Source of the DNA: an uncultured Chloroflexia bacterium
Lineage (GTDB): Bacteria; Chloroflexota; Dehalococcoidia; DSTF01; JALHUB01
Reading direction: 5' to 3'
Assembly (NCBI GenBank): GCA_963726245.1
Contig: CAVSBT010000037.1
Coordinates: 1-64,000 of the forward strand
Length of the DNA stretch: 64,000 nucleotides
The notes under the pieces were generated by a model. That model searched no databases and had not been told where the DNA came from. It saw only the letters and a list, made by a program, of their open reading frames with translations. Positions within the stretch are counted from its first letter, which is position 1, and the number at the start of each line of letters is the position of its first letter. A program made the translations under genes and the position numbers. Positions 34,508-44,813 of this stretch are shown here, in pieces.

Positions 34508-34601
34508 CCGCTCATGGTTCGACCGGCTCACCATGAGCGGAACGTATCAGCCGCTCACCCTGAGCCTGTCGAAGGGCGGGCGGCGACTTTGCCAGCACCC
34601 C
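34508..34601. repeat. TTCGAC.GGCTCA-type palindromic repeat
   Basis: Near copy of 27104-27191. Confidence 0.8.
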
Positions 34602-34602
34602 G

Positions 34603-35019
34603 CTAGGGGCGGCGCCGCTCAGACCTATCTCGCCTGGGCTGCTCCAGCAGCAGCTCGACCACCCTTGTGAGGGCGTGGTAGGCGTAGACCACGTAGTCGC
34701 AGGGGTGGAGGTCCAGCTTCTTGAGGCGCTCCTCCCGGGCGTCGACGGGGTCGCCGGCGCCCTGCGAGAAGTCGATCTCCACCTCCAGCTCGTAGAGCTC
34801 CGCGTCGGGGCCCAGCACCACGCAGCCGCGCTCGCGGCTGGCGAGGGCGCCCGGCTCCACCTCGATGCCGTAGGTGAAGAAGGCGCCCGGGAAGGGCGGG
34901 AAGGGGTCCAGCTTCTGGACCGCCTCCTGCAACAGATGGCGGAGCTGCTCGGCGGCCCTCTCGACTATGAGGTCGGCGTGCGCCTTGTGGGCCAGGGGAT
35001 CGGTCTCTTCGTTGCTCAT
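34603..35019 (-). CDS. Hypothetical protein
   Basis: Host-like codon usage; upstream TTGCCG-18-TATAAT. Confidence 0.75.
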   Translation of the reverse strand: MSNEETDPLAHKAHADLIVERAAEQLRHLLQEAVQKLDPFPPFPGAFFTYGIEVEPGALASRERGCVVLGPDAELYELEVEIDFSQGAGDPVDAREERLKKLDLHPCDYVVYAYHALTRVVELLLEQPRRDRSERRRP

Positions 35020-35114
35020 GGCTGAGGCAGTTCGCTCACTCGGGATTATAGGATCCGCCGCCAGATTCCGGCAACGACGCCGGCCTCAGAGTCATTGAAA
35101 TGGTTGACGCGAGT

Positions 35115-35170
35115 GTAGGGGCAGGGCTCGCCCCTGCCCAGCCCAGGGCGCCTGCAAGAGGCGCCCCGAC
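35115..35170. repeat. GTAG-type REP doublet
   Basis: Shares both units with 6653-6738. Confidence 0.8.
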
Positions 35171-35304
35171 GAGCAACCAGTCGCTCTCCTAACGAGCCCT
35201 TGACCACTCGCTGGGGCGCGGGCATACTCGAACCGCCCGCCGCCCGGCAGCCAGGTCCGTTCCCAGAAGCCGCTTCCGCAGCCTGCGAAAGGTTGGTGGC
35301 CGCC

Positions 35305-36571
35305 GTGAAAGCCGTCTTCTCCAGTCTCAGTCCCGCCCGCGTCCTATTCACGAGGTTCATGCGACGCCTGGGTCGCGCGCCCTACTTCGGCCCTCTCTCC
35401 ACCGTCTACCTCCGCGACGTCCCGTCGCCGCCTGCGCCCGGCCCAGGCCAGGTCCGGATCCGCAACCGCCTCTGCGGCATCTGCGGCTCAGACCTCCACT
35501 TCGTCCTCGGCGAAGGCGACTTTCGCATCGCGCCCGCCGCCATCCCGACGGCCGGCTTCCCCTACATGGGCCACGAGATTGTCGGCGATGTGACCGAGGT
35601 GGGGCCGGGCGTCACCCGCTTCAAGGTGGGAGACCGCGTGGTCCAGGAAAAGTCCATTAGCTGTCTGGCAGTCGGGCGGCAGCCGCTCTGCCGCCAGTGC
35701 GCCATAGGCAACTACAACCTCTGCGAGACGCCGGTCGAGGAGCTGCGCACCAGCATCGTCGGCGGCGGCTGGAGCGAGGAGATGACAATCGCGGAGGGCT
35801 TCCTCTTCCCGGTCCCCGATGAGATCAGCGACGAGCAGGCCGTCCTTATCGAGCCCCTGGGCTCCGGCCTGCGGGCGGTCACCCGTCGCACCCCCCGGCC
35901 GGGGGAGAAAGTCCTCATCATAGGCCAGGGCACGCAGGGTCTCGGCGCTCTGCTATCGATCCGCGCCGTCCAGCCCGACTGCCACGTCACCGTCCTGGCC
36001 CGCTTCCCATACCAGGCCGACATGGCCCGGCGCTGCGGCGCGGACGAGGTGATCATGCTGGGCGCCGACCTCTACCAGGAGGCGGCCCGCCTCACCGGAG
36101 GCAAGGTGTACCAGGGCATGTTCGGCAACCGCATGCTCCTGGGCGGCTTCGACGTGGTGTACGACTGCGTCGGCCTGCCCAGCACCCTCAAGGACGCACT
36201 GCGACTGGCCCGGGCCCGGGGCACCGTGGTCCTGGTGGGGGTCTACCTGGAGCCCATGAAGATAGACCTCACGCCCGCCTGGTACTGGGAGGTGGACCTC
36301 ATCGGCGTGTATGCCCACGGCGCCGAGGACTGGCAGGGCGAGCGCGTCGGCACATACGAGCTCATTGCCCGCCTGATGCGGGAAGGGAAGATGAACGTCG
36401 ACGGCTTCATCACCCACACGCTTCGCGCTGCCCGACTACCGGCAGGCTATCGCCACCGCCATCCATCAGTCGCGCACCAGCGCCATCAAGGTCGTCTTCG
36501 ACTACCGCCGATTCTACGTAGGGGCGGTTCGCGAACCGCCCCTACATGCGCCCGCCGAGGAGGCCCCATGA
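35305..36571 (+). CDS. Zinc-binding alcohol dehydrogenase (MDR family; frameshift ~36421)
   Basis: CGICGSD, GHEIVG, C..C..G.YNLC and G.G..G. The shifted tail ends at a TGA overlapping the next ATG. Confidence 0.9.
36518..36545. repeat. GTAG-type REP inside the dehydrogenase C-terminal tail
   Basis: Perfect palindrome GTAGGGGCGGTTCGCGAACCGCCCCTAC. Confidence 0.85.
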
Positions 36572-37858
36572 GCTACGCCGACCTGCGCTTCCCCAAAGGT
36601 TTCCTCTGGGGCTGCGCCACCTCCGCCCACCAGGTGGAGGGCAACAATACCAAGAACAACTGGTGGGAGTGGGAGCAGGAGACGGGCCACATCAAGGGCG
36701 GCGACATCTCCGGCGCGGCCTGCGACCACTACAACCGCTTCGACTCCGACTTCGCCCTGGCCCGAGAGCTGGGCCACAACGCCCACCGCCTCTCCATCGA
36801 GTGGAGCCGCATCGAGCCCGAGGAGGGCCGCTGGAACATGAAGGAGGTGGCCCACTACCGGAAGGTCATGGAGTCGCTCCACAGCCACGGCCTGACGCCC
36901 ATGGTCACACTCCACCACTTCACCAACCCGATCTGGTTTGAGCGCCAGGGCGGCTGGACGAACCCCCGCTCCGTCGACCTCATCGCCCGCTATTCGGGCT
37001 TCATCGCCGGAGAACTGGGCGACCTGGTGCCCTTCTGGTCAACCATCAACGAGCCGATGATCGTCGTCGTCGCCGTCCTACCTCGTCGGCGCCCACCCGC
37101 CCTGCCGGAGCGACTGGAGCGCGGCCGTGACCGTCGCCCGGCACCTCCTCCAGGCGCACGGCGGCATGTACCGGGCCGTGAAGGAGGCGACGTCCCACAA
37201 CCCGCAGGTCGGGCCGGTGCTCGCCATGCCCTACATCGAGCCCTTCGACCCGAACTCGGAGGAGGACCGCGAGGCGGCCCGCGGCTCCGACCTTCTGATG
37301 AACGAGTACTTCCTGGCCGGGATCAGCACGGGGACGGTGGGGCCACCCGCGGGCCAGGGCGAGGAGGTCCCGGGCCTGAAGGACTCCTGGGACTTCATCG
37401 GCATCAACTACTACAGCCGCCATCGCATCGCCCACGACCAGCCGCCGGACATCAGCGGAGCGCCGCCTCCCGACGCCGAGCTCACCCTCATGGGCTACGA
37501 GGTCTACCCGGAGGGCTTCTACCGCCAGTTGGCCCGCTTGAAGCAGTACGGCCTCCCCGTCTACGTCACCGAGAACGGCATCTCCACCAAGGACGACACC
37601 CAGCGCTGCCGTCACCTGCTGCGCCACCTGGCAGAGGTGCAACGCGCCATCCAGGAAGGGACGGACATCCGGGGCTACCTGCACTGGAGCCTCATTGACA
37701 ACTTCGAGTGGGCGGATGGCTACCAGCAGCCGTTCGGGATGGTGGCTATCGAGCCCGGCACGCTCAAGCGGCGGCCGCGGCCCAGCGCCTACCTCTTCCG
37801 CGATGTCGCCCGCGGCAACGCGGTGACAGCAGCCCAGCTTCAGGAGTACGTGGGGTAA
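36568..37858 (+). CDS. Glycoside hydrolase family 1 (beta-glucosidase-like; frameshift ~37075)
   Basis: FP.GFLWG.ATSAHQVEG, SIEWSRI, TINEP, YVTENG and WSL.DNFEW. Confidence 0.95.
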
Positions 37859-37869
37859 GGAGGTATCAC

Positions 37870-38679
37870 ATGTCCAAGGTCCTCTACGACAAGCAGGGCC
37901 ACGTCGTCACCATCACCATCAACCGGCCGGAGGTGATGAACGCGCTCGACTTCGAGACCGGGGACCTCCTGGTGGAGGCCTGGTGCCGCTTCCGGGATGA
38001 CGATGACGCCTACGTGGCCATCCTGACCGGCGCCGGGGAGCGCTCCTTCTCGGCCGGGGCCGACCTGAAGATGATCTCTCAGCTCGACCGCACCCCCTGG
38101 AGCGTGGACCGCCTGCGCACCCGCATCTACAACGCCAAGGGCGACGTGGGCTACACGCGCGGCTTCGACATCTTCAAGCCGACCATCGCCGCTATCAACG
38201 GCTACTGCTTCGCCGCCGGGCTGGAGACGGCCACCTGGTGCGACATCCGCATCGCCGCCGAGCACGCCGAGTTCGGCTGCCTGGAGCGGCGCTGGAACGT
38301 CGGACTCTCCGACGGCGGCACCGTGCGCCTGCCCCTCATCGTAGGGCTGGGGCGCGCCCTGGAGCTGATCGTCACCGGCCGTCGCATCGACGTACAGGAG
38401 GCGCTGCGCATCGGCCTGGTGCACGAAGTCGTGCCGAAGGAGCGCCTGCTGCCGCGCGTCCGCGAGCTGGCGGAGCACATCTGCACCCTCCCCCAGGGCG
38501 CTATCCGCAGCGATAAGGAGTCGGTCCTGCGCTCCTACGGCCACACGCTGGAGGAGCGCTACCGCATCGAGGCGGAGATGTTCCACAACCAGCTGTGGTT
38601 CCGAGAGGACAGCCCTCAGGAGGGCGCCGCCGCCTTCATCGAGAAGCGAAAGCCCCGCTGGAAGAAGCAGGGGCTGTAG
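37870..38679 (+). CDS. Enoyl-CoA hydratase/isomerase family protein
   Basis: NRPEVMNA, FSAGADL, KPTIAAING and DGGTVRLP. Confidence 0.95.
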   Translation: MSKVLYDKQGHVVTITINRPEVMNALDFETGDLLVEAWCRFRDDDDAYVAILTGAGERSFSAGADLKMISQLDRTPWSVDRLRTRIYNAKGDVGYTRGFDIFKPTIAAINGYCFAAGLETATWCDIRIAAEHAEFGCLERRWNVGLSDGGTVRLPLIVGLGRALELIVTGRRIDVQEALRIGLVHEVVPKERLLPRVRELAEHICTLPQGAIRSDKESVLRSYGHTLEERYRIEAEMFHNQLWFREDSPQEGAAAFIEKRKPRWKKQGL

Positions 38680-38709
38680 GGCGGGTTGCGGGAGGCAGGG
38701 ATACAAATC

Positions 38710-38767
38710 GTAGGCGGGGGTCTTCTGACCCCCGCCAGCCCATCGGGGTCTGAAGACCCCGACCTAC
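38710..38767. repeat. GTAG-type REP doublet (inverted pair)
   Basis: GTAGGCGGGGGTCTTCTGACCCCCG ... CGGGGTCTGAAGACCCCGACCTAC. Confidence 0.8.
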
Positions 38768-38797
38768 GTTCGATGAAGCGCCCCTGCGGGCGGGCCG

Positions 38798-39727
38798 CTA
38801 CCCTCCGGCCTTCGTCAGCGCTTGGTCGATAGCGGCCTTGAACACGGTGTACGGCTGCGCCCCTTCGATGAGGTTGCCGTTGACGAAGAAGGCAGGCGTA
38901 CCCTGCACGCCGGCGGTGATGCCGTCCTGCTCGTCCTTTTGTACCTCCGACAAGTACTTGTCGGAGTCCAGGCACTGGTTGAAGGTCGCAGTGTCCAGTT
39001 GCAGGGTAGCCGCATAGTTCTTCAGACTCGCGTCGTCCAGCGCGCTCTGGTTCTGGAAGAGGAGGTCGTGGTACTCCCAGTAGGCCCCCTGCTCATTGGC
39101 ACACTCGCTGGCCTCAGCGGCCTTGAGAGCATACTGATGCAGGCTGGTGAGCGGAAAGTCGCGGTAGACGAAGCGGATCTTATCGCCGTAGTTCTGCATG
39201 ATCTGGGGAAGCGTGTCCGTTTGGAAACGGGCGCAGTACGGACACTGGAAATCGCTGAACTCGATGACCGTGACTTTGGCGTCCGCCGGCCCGAGGGCGG
39301 GGTCGTTGTCTGTGGACACATCGACGGGCCCGACGGTGGGTGTCGGCCCCCCCGCCGTGGGCTGGGCGACCACTGCCGCCTGCGCACCCCCGCCTTCATT
39401 GGAGGCGACCTTCGAGTGGGTGAACATGCCCAATACGAAGATGCCGACGGCGGCGAAAGCCACCAAGGTGACGGCGGCGGCCAGCGCCACCGGGCCGCGC
39501 AGCACACCGGGCACCGCCACAGTGGGAGACGGAGGGACCGCCTCGACCGGCGCCGTCTCCGGCTCCGGTGCCGTCTCCGCACCCTGGACGGTCTCCGGCT
39601 GCTCAGCCGACAAGAGCTCGCCCGTGGCCGGCGTCTCCTGGCTCGCTTCCGGCATACTCTCTTCCATTCCCGACGGCGGTGGGACCTCCTGCGATCCCTC
39701 CTGCCGTGGCTCCTTCGGTTCCTCCAC
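38798..39727 (-). CDS. DsbA-family thiol-disulfide oxidoreductase, membrane anchored
   Basis: FSDFQCPYC, RDFPL, GTP.F.VNG..GAQP and one TM. Promoter TTGACA-17-TAGAGT at 39836-39808. Confidence 0.93.
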   Translation of the reverse strand: MEEPKEPRQEGSQEVPPPSGMEESMPEASQETPATGELLSAEQPETVQGAETAPEPETAPVEAVPPSPTVAVPGVLRGPVALAAAVTLVAFAAVGIFVLGMFTHSKVASNEGGGAQAAVVAQPTAGGPTPTVGPVDVSTDNDPALGPADAKVTVIEFSDFQCPYCARFQTDTLPQIMQNYGDKIRFVYRDFPLTSLHQYALKAAEASECANEQGAYWEYHDLLFQNQSALDDASLKNYAATLQLDTATFNQCLDSDKYLSEVQKDEQDGITAGVQGTPAFFVNGNLIEGAQPYTVFKAAIDQALTKAGG

Positions 39728-40000
39728 CGGTCACCTCCACTGATCTCGATGAGCAACAAGCCGGAGGCCTGTGGATCCGATCTCCCTACCGGCCTCCGGT
39801 GTATGCCACTCTAACGAGGAAAGCCTTCCCTGTCAATCACAGGCGCATACCCAACCGAATCTGTCAACGGATAAACAGATGCAAAATCATCACTTCATCC
39901 GTTCGCCCTGCGTTGACCGATCTTCTCCCCCAGGAGACAGCCTGCGCGTTAGCATGTATCCTGAGTCCAACCACCAAGAGGAGCCACCCCCAACACTTCG

Positions 40001-40816
40001 ATGAGCCGCCAGCCGTCCCCTCCGCCTCAGAGCTACAGGATGCCGCCGCTCTACCTCATGGCCGTGATCGTATCCGTCCTCACAGGACGCCGCCGCTCCT
40101 TCACCGCCGACGGCCGCCGGCTGCTGAGCCGGCTCTCCATTCCACCGCGCATCGTCGGCGAAGAGCACATACCGGCGCGAGAGCCCTTCGTCGTAATCGC
40201 CAACCACTACCAGCGACCCGGGCTGTGGGTCGTGTGGGGCGGCCTCCTCATCTCGACGGCGGTGGCGCGTCGCCGGCAGGAGTTGCCGGAGGTGCGCTGG
40301 GCAGTGGCCGGAGAGTGGCGGGGACGCCTGGTGGGCCCGCTGCCCTGGCCGGCCCCCTTTCTGCGCTGGCTCTTCCGGCGCCTCGCCGCCACCTTTGGGC
40401 ACATCGTCGTGCCGACGGCCGACTTCATGTCGGCGGGGCGCGCCCAGGCGGCGCGCGCCATGCTGCGGACCCTGCGGCCGCCCGCCGGCGCGGCTGCGCC
40501 CCCGCCGTTGGGACTCTTCCCAGAGGCGGGCAACAGCCCGGACCGCTCTCTGCAACGGCCCGATTGGGGCGTCAGGCGGCTGCTGCTCCACCTCTGCCGC
40601 GGGGGCACACCGGTGCTGCCGGCAGCCCTCTGTGAGGTCGACGGCGCCCTGACGGTCACCTTCGGACCTCCGGTCAGCCTCGAGCGCTTCCAGGCCGCCG
40701 GCGGTGAGGCCGCGGACGCCGCCCTGGATGAGGTCATGCTGGCGGTGGCACGGCTGCTGCCGCCGTCCATGCATGGCGCCTACGCCGGGCGGGAGCTCCC
40801 GAAGGCCAGCCTCTAG
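40001..40816 (+). CDS. PlsC-like acyltransferase family protein
   Basis: VIANHY, GLFPE and PVLP motifs. Confidence 0.7.
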   Translation: MSRQPSPPPQSYRMPPLYLMAVIVSVLTGRRRSFTADGRRLLSRLSIPPRIVGEEHIPAREPFVVIANHYQRPGLWVVWGGLLISTAVARRRQELPEVRWAVAGEWRGRLVGPLPWPAPFLRWLFRRLAATFGHIVVPTADFMSAGRAQAARAMLRTLRPPAGAAAPPPLGLFPEAGNSPDRSLQRPDWGVRRLLLHLCRGGTPVLPAALCEVDGALTVTFGPPVSLERFQAAGGEAADAALDEVMLAVARLLPPSMHGAYAGRELPKASL

Positions 40817-40872
40817 GCTGGCAGGGCAGCCAGGCTCCCTCCTTCGGCGGGCAGGCAAGCCTGGCCTTCGGC
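40813..40872. repeat. GAAG-type REP carrying a nested mini-palindrome
   Basis: GCCAGGCT[CCCTCCTTCGGCGGGCAGG]CAAGCCTGGCCTTCG versus the uninterrupted GCCAGGCTGAAGCCTGGCCTTCG at 53443. Confidence 0.7.
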
Positions 40873-40954
40873 GACTGTCATCCTTTACGCCACCTGTGCG
40901 CTCGGTTAAGCTGGAATGGACGGTTTCCACACTGCGGCCACGTACGAAGCCGAA

Positions 40955-42082
40955 ATGACGATAGAATCGACACCCGGCGCCATGGATCCCGAAGGGCTGC
41001 GGACCGTCGAGGCCCTATTCCGGCAGCAGATCGATGAGGGGCTCCATCCCGGCGCCTCTCTGGCTGTCTATCGCCACGGCCGCCTGGTGCTGGAGTTGTT
41101 CGGCGGCCTGGCCCGCCTGGCGGACGGGCAGGCCGAGCAGGAATCGGGCCGGCCCGTGACGCCGGAGACGCTCTTCGTCCTCTTCTCCGCCACGAAACCT
41201 TTATCGGCCGTCTGCCTTCACATCCTCCTGGAGCGGGGCCGCTTCGACCTGGACGATCCTGTCGCTCGCTTCTGGCCGGAGTTCGCGCGCAACGGCAAGG
41301 CCGCCGTGACCGTGCGCCACGTCCTCACCCACAGCGGCGGCTTCCCTCAGCACCCGCCGCAACTTCCGCCGCGGAAATGGGGCGATTGGAAGGTCATCGT
41401 GCAGGCGATGGAGGAGATCGAGCCCATTTGGGAGCCGGGGCAGGACACGGGCTACCATCCACTCAACTTCGGCTGGGTGGTGGGCGAGCTGGTACGCCGC
41501 ATCGACGGTCGGCCCATCTCGCAGTTCCTGAAAGACGAGGTAACCGGCCCTCTTGGGATGCATGACACCTACCTGGGCCTGCCGCCGGAACTGGAGGGAC
41601 GCGTCGCCCGTCTCTACGCAGCGGACGAAGAAGTAGATCCCCGGGTAGTGGCCGTGTTCAACCGGCCGGAAGTCCACCAGGCGGTAATCCCGGCCGGAGG
41701 CGGAATCAGCGCGGCCCGCGACCTGGCTCGCTTCTATGCCACGCTGGCGGCCGGTGGGACGCTCGACGGCATGCGCATCCTCTCGGCGGAGAGCGTGGAG
41801 CGCGCCACCGCCCTGCAGGTGCACGTGCAAAGCGACCGCACGCTGGGCATCCCCATGCGCTGGGCCCTGGGCTTCCACCTGGGCGGGAACCCCGTCGACC
41901 TGTTTGGGTACAACACGAGTCCCCGCGCCTTCGGCCATGGCGGACACGGCAGCTCCGTCGGCTGGGCGGACCCCGACCTGGGGCTGGCCGTAGCCATCAT
42001 CACCAACGGCCTGCGGAGTCCTGCCGGCCACGCCATGCGGGTCGCGGCCCTGTCCGAAGCCATACGAAAGGCCTGTCTCTAG
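40955..42082 (+). CDS. Serine hydrolase, beta-lactamase-like (EstA type)
   Basis: FSATK (SxxK), LTHSGG, YHP and FGHGG.GSS.GWADP. Confidence 0.93.
   Translation: MTIESTPGAMDPEGLRTVEALFRQQIDEGLHPGASLAVYRHGRLVLELFGGLARLADGQAEQESGRPVTPETLFVLFSATKPLSAVCLHILLERGRFDLDDPVARFWPEFARNGKAAVTVRHVLTHSGGFPQHPPQLPPRKWGDWKVIVQAMEEIEPIWEPGQDTGYHPLNFGWVVGELVRRIDGRPISQFLKDEVTGPLGMHDTYLGLPPELEGRVARLYAADEEVDPRVVAVFNRPEVHQAVIPAGGGISAARDLARFYATLAAGGTLDGMRILSAESVERATALQVHVQSDRTLGIPMRWALGFHLGGNPVDLFGYNTSPRAFGHGGHGSSVGWADPDLGLAVAIITNGLRSPAGHAMRVAALSEAIRKACL
41112..41132. repeat. 21-bp mini-palindrome inside the serine hydrolase CDS
   Basis: CCCGCCTGGCGGACGGGCAGG, encoding RLADGQA. Confidence 0.65.
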
Positions 42083-42179
42083 GCGCGTCCCAGCGGGAAG
42101 CGAGGCGCCCGCCTGCCGATAGACATCCGGGGGGCCGTCCGTCGCGCTTGCCTGCGCCAGATTGGGGCCTAGAAGGAAC

Positions 42180-43004
42180 GTGTCGCTCGAAGAGCTGTTG
42201 CTGCTGCCCCTGGGGCTGGTGTCCGGCGCCTACGGGACGATCATCGGCGCCGGAGGCGGCTTCGTGCTCGTTCCGGCGCTCCTTCTCCTCTACTCCGACA
42301 AGCCCGCCGACCAGCTCACCGCCATATCCCTGACCGTCGTCCTCCTCACCGGCATCTCCGCCTCCATCGCCTACGGCCGCCAGAGGCGCATTGATTATCT
42401 GACCGCCCTCCTCTTGGGCTTCGCCACCGTGCCGGGCAGCATCCTGGGCGCGCTGGCTGTCCATGATGTTCCCCGACCCGCCTTCGACATCGTCTTCGGG
42501 GCGCTGCTGCTGTCTGTGGGCGCCTTCACGCTGCGTCGGCGCGAGGTTGTCGCTGTCGGCGAGCCCCTGACTGGTCCCGGCGTTCTACACCGCGAGCTGG
42601 CTGCCGAAGACGGGGAGACCTATCACTACGCCTATCCCGTGCCGTACGGGCTGGGCATGAGCGGAGGCACAGGCTTCCTGGCCGGCCTCTTCGGCATCGG
42701 CGGCGGTGTGATCCAGGTACCGATGATGATCGGGTTCCTGCGCATCCCGCTGGCAGTCGCCGTGGCCACCTCGACGCTCATGATCGTTCTCGTTTCGGCG
42801 AGTGCCGTCAGCGTGCACGCCGTGGGCGGCGAGCTAGCCGGACACAACCTTGTCATCGCTCTCCTGCTATCGGCGGGGGCGGTGCCCGGCGCCCAACTCG
42901 GCGCTTTCCTGGCGCGCCGATTCGCCTCGACCACGGTGACCGGCCTGCTGGTCGCCGCCCTGGCCCTCGTGGGCATCCGCCTCATCCTGCGCGGGTTCAT
43001 CTAG
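42180..43004 (+). CDS. Sulfite exporter TauE/SafE family
   Basis: Duplicated motifs G.IGAGGG..LVP and GLFGIGGG..VP..AVATS. Confidence 0.92.
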   Translation: MSLEELLLLPLGLVSGAYGTIIGAGGGFVLVPALLLLYSDKPADQLTAISLTVVLLTGISASIAYGRQRRIDYLTALLLGFATVPGSILGALAVHDVPRPAFDIVFGALLLSVGAFTLRRREVVAVGEPLTGPGVLHRELAAEDGETYHYAYPVPYGLGMSGGTGFLAGLFGIGGGVIQVPMMIGFLRIPLAVAVATSTLMIVLVSASAVSVHAVGGELAGHNLVIALLLSAGAVPGAQLGAFLARRFASTTVTGLLVAALALVGIRLILRGFI

Positions 43005-43058
43005 CTGCCTTGCGGACGAAGCTGAAGGGGTTGTCGAGAAAGACCCATCGGCGTGATC

Positions 43059-43173
43059 TGTCATTCGGAGTCCGCCTGAGGCGGACGAAGAATCCGGTTT
43101 GGCCGGACTCTTCGCTTCGCTCAGAGTGACAGGGCGGGAGGGCTCTTCAAGCGGCCCGAAGCTCCGTCCCTAC
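43059..43173. repeat. GTCA-type repeat with nested TCCGCCTGAGGCGGA and an adjacent REP remnant
   Basis: Aligns to 17709-17771 with an extra palindrome at 43071-43085. GAAGCTCCGTCCCTAC is shared with 53420-53435. Confidence 0.75.
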
Positions 43174-43199
43174 ATCGAAGGTCGACCGCTATGCGGAGG

Positions 43200-44229
43200 T
43201 CAACTGGTGGGCGTAGGCGTGGCGGCGGGTGTAGCGGGAGCCGGCGGCGGGTTCTTGGGGACGGGTATCTCCGGCTGCGGAGGAGGAGCGGGTCTCTTCG
43301 GCACAGGGATCACCCCCTTCGCCTCGAACCACCAGGTAGGCACCAGCGTCGGCGTCACGGTCGGCGTCGGCCGAGGCGGCGGCGCACTGGGCGGGCCAGG
43401 TGTCGCGGTGGGAAGGATGACGCGCTGCGCCAGGAAATTGCGCGACGGCGGCACGTAGACCTCCTCGCCGCGGGCGGCCCGGCTGGGGAAGATGCGCACG
43501 AGGGCGCGAGCGGGAAGGCTCCGCGGCAGGTTGGCCGACACATACCTCCCGCCGGTCAGCGGCGTACCGCCCTTCAACCTCATCGAAGGTGATGGGAACG
43601 GTCTCGTTCGACCGGTCTCCCGGCACCGTGCGCTCGACCTGGAAGTGCAGGTGGGGTCCGGCCCAGCCGCCGTCGCCGCAACTGAGGCCGCTGCTCCCCG
43701 AGTAGGCGATGGCATCTCCCTGGGCGACCAGCGCCCCCTCCTGCACGAGCGCCCCCTCGTAGTCGATGTGCAGGTAGAGGCCAGAGGTGCCGTCGCCGTG
43801 GTCGATAAGGATGTAGTTGGCGCGTCCACCGAAAGCGGAATCGCACCCTCCCATGCTTTCGCCGTCGCGAACCATCGAGACCCGGCCGCCGCGCGCCGCC
43901 AGCACCAGCTCGTACCCGAGGTCGAAGTCCCAGGCGTACAGCGACTGGTGGGTAGGCGCTTCCCCAGGCGCCTGCGCCACGGCGTGGCTGAGGCCGGGCG
44001 CCCAGGGCAGCCGGTAGCCCGGCGGCGCCGGGAACACGGGTTGAGAGCCCTCCGTCAGGGAACTGCGCAGCGTCAGGAGTCCCTTGACCAGGGAGGACAG
44101 CGGCGGAGGCACGGGCTGCGAGCTGGGTAGACGCTCAAGGCCGGTAGAGGTCGTCGCCCCCAGGAGAAACGGCGCCAGGCAGAGCAGGACCCCCAAGGGG
44201 AGACACAAACCGGCACGGCCCCTTCTCAT
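43200..44229 (-). CDS. M23 family metallopeptidase with a Pro/Thr-rich tail (frameshift ~43580)
   Basis: H....AWDF, VLAARGG, NYILIDH, YLH and GPHLHF; N-terminal signal peptide. Confidence 0.88.
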
Positions 44230-44350
44230 CAGCCTTCGATCTCCTTGTCCACCCCACAAGCCAGCGAGCGATCCGGCCCGCCTCGGCGCAGCCCTCCATA
44301 CTGTTGTCGGCTCGTCCTGTTCAGGTCTGATGGCGGGGTCTTGACATATT

Positions 44351-44764
44351 CTATTCCCCGATAACCTTAACTACCACCCGCTTGCGCCGCCGGCCGTCGA
44401 ACTCGGCGTAGAAGACCTGTTCCCAGGGGCCCAGGTCGAGCCGGCCGCTGGTGATGGGAAGAAGCACCTGATGGTGAATAAGCGTTCGCTTCAAGTGAGC
44501 GTCGCCGTTGTCCTCGCCGGTGCGATGGTGGCGATAGTCGGCGCGGGTGGGCGCCAAGCGCTCCACCCACTCCCAGAAGTCCTCCCAGAGGCCCGACTCG
44601 TTGTCGTTGACCCAGATGCCGGCTGTGATGTGCATGGCGCTGACCAGGCACATCCCCTCGCGGACGCCGGACTTCCCGACCACCTCCGACACACGGTCGG
44701 TGATGTTGAGAAGGTCGCGCCGCCGCGGCGTTTCGAACCACAAGTACTCGGTGGAGCTCTTCAT
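44351..44764 (-). CDS. yjbQ: Secondary thiamine-phosphate synthase enzyme YjbQ
   Basis: HITA, Y.H...EDNGDAHLK and [14 protein letters not shown]. Confidence 0.95.
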   Translation of the reverse strand: MKSSTEYLWFETPRRRDLLNITDRVSEVVGKSGVREGMCLVSAMHITAGIWVNDNESGLWEDFWEWVERLAPTRADYRHHRTGEDNGDAHLKRTLIHHQVLLPITSGRLDLGPWEQVFYAEFDGRRRKRVVVKVIGE

Positions 44765-44813
44765 GGCCGCCTCCGTCGCAAAATCATGGGCTGCTGACGC
44801 GATGGTAGCACCG

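Noticed and set aside
35200-37698. 832-aa dehydrogenase-glycosidase fusion
   Set aside because: Artefact of the frameshift at ~36421; the GH1 gene has its own GAGGAGG RBS and ATG at 36568.
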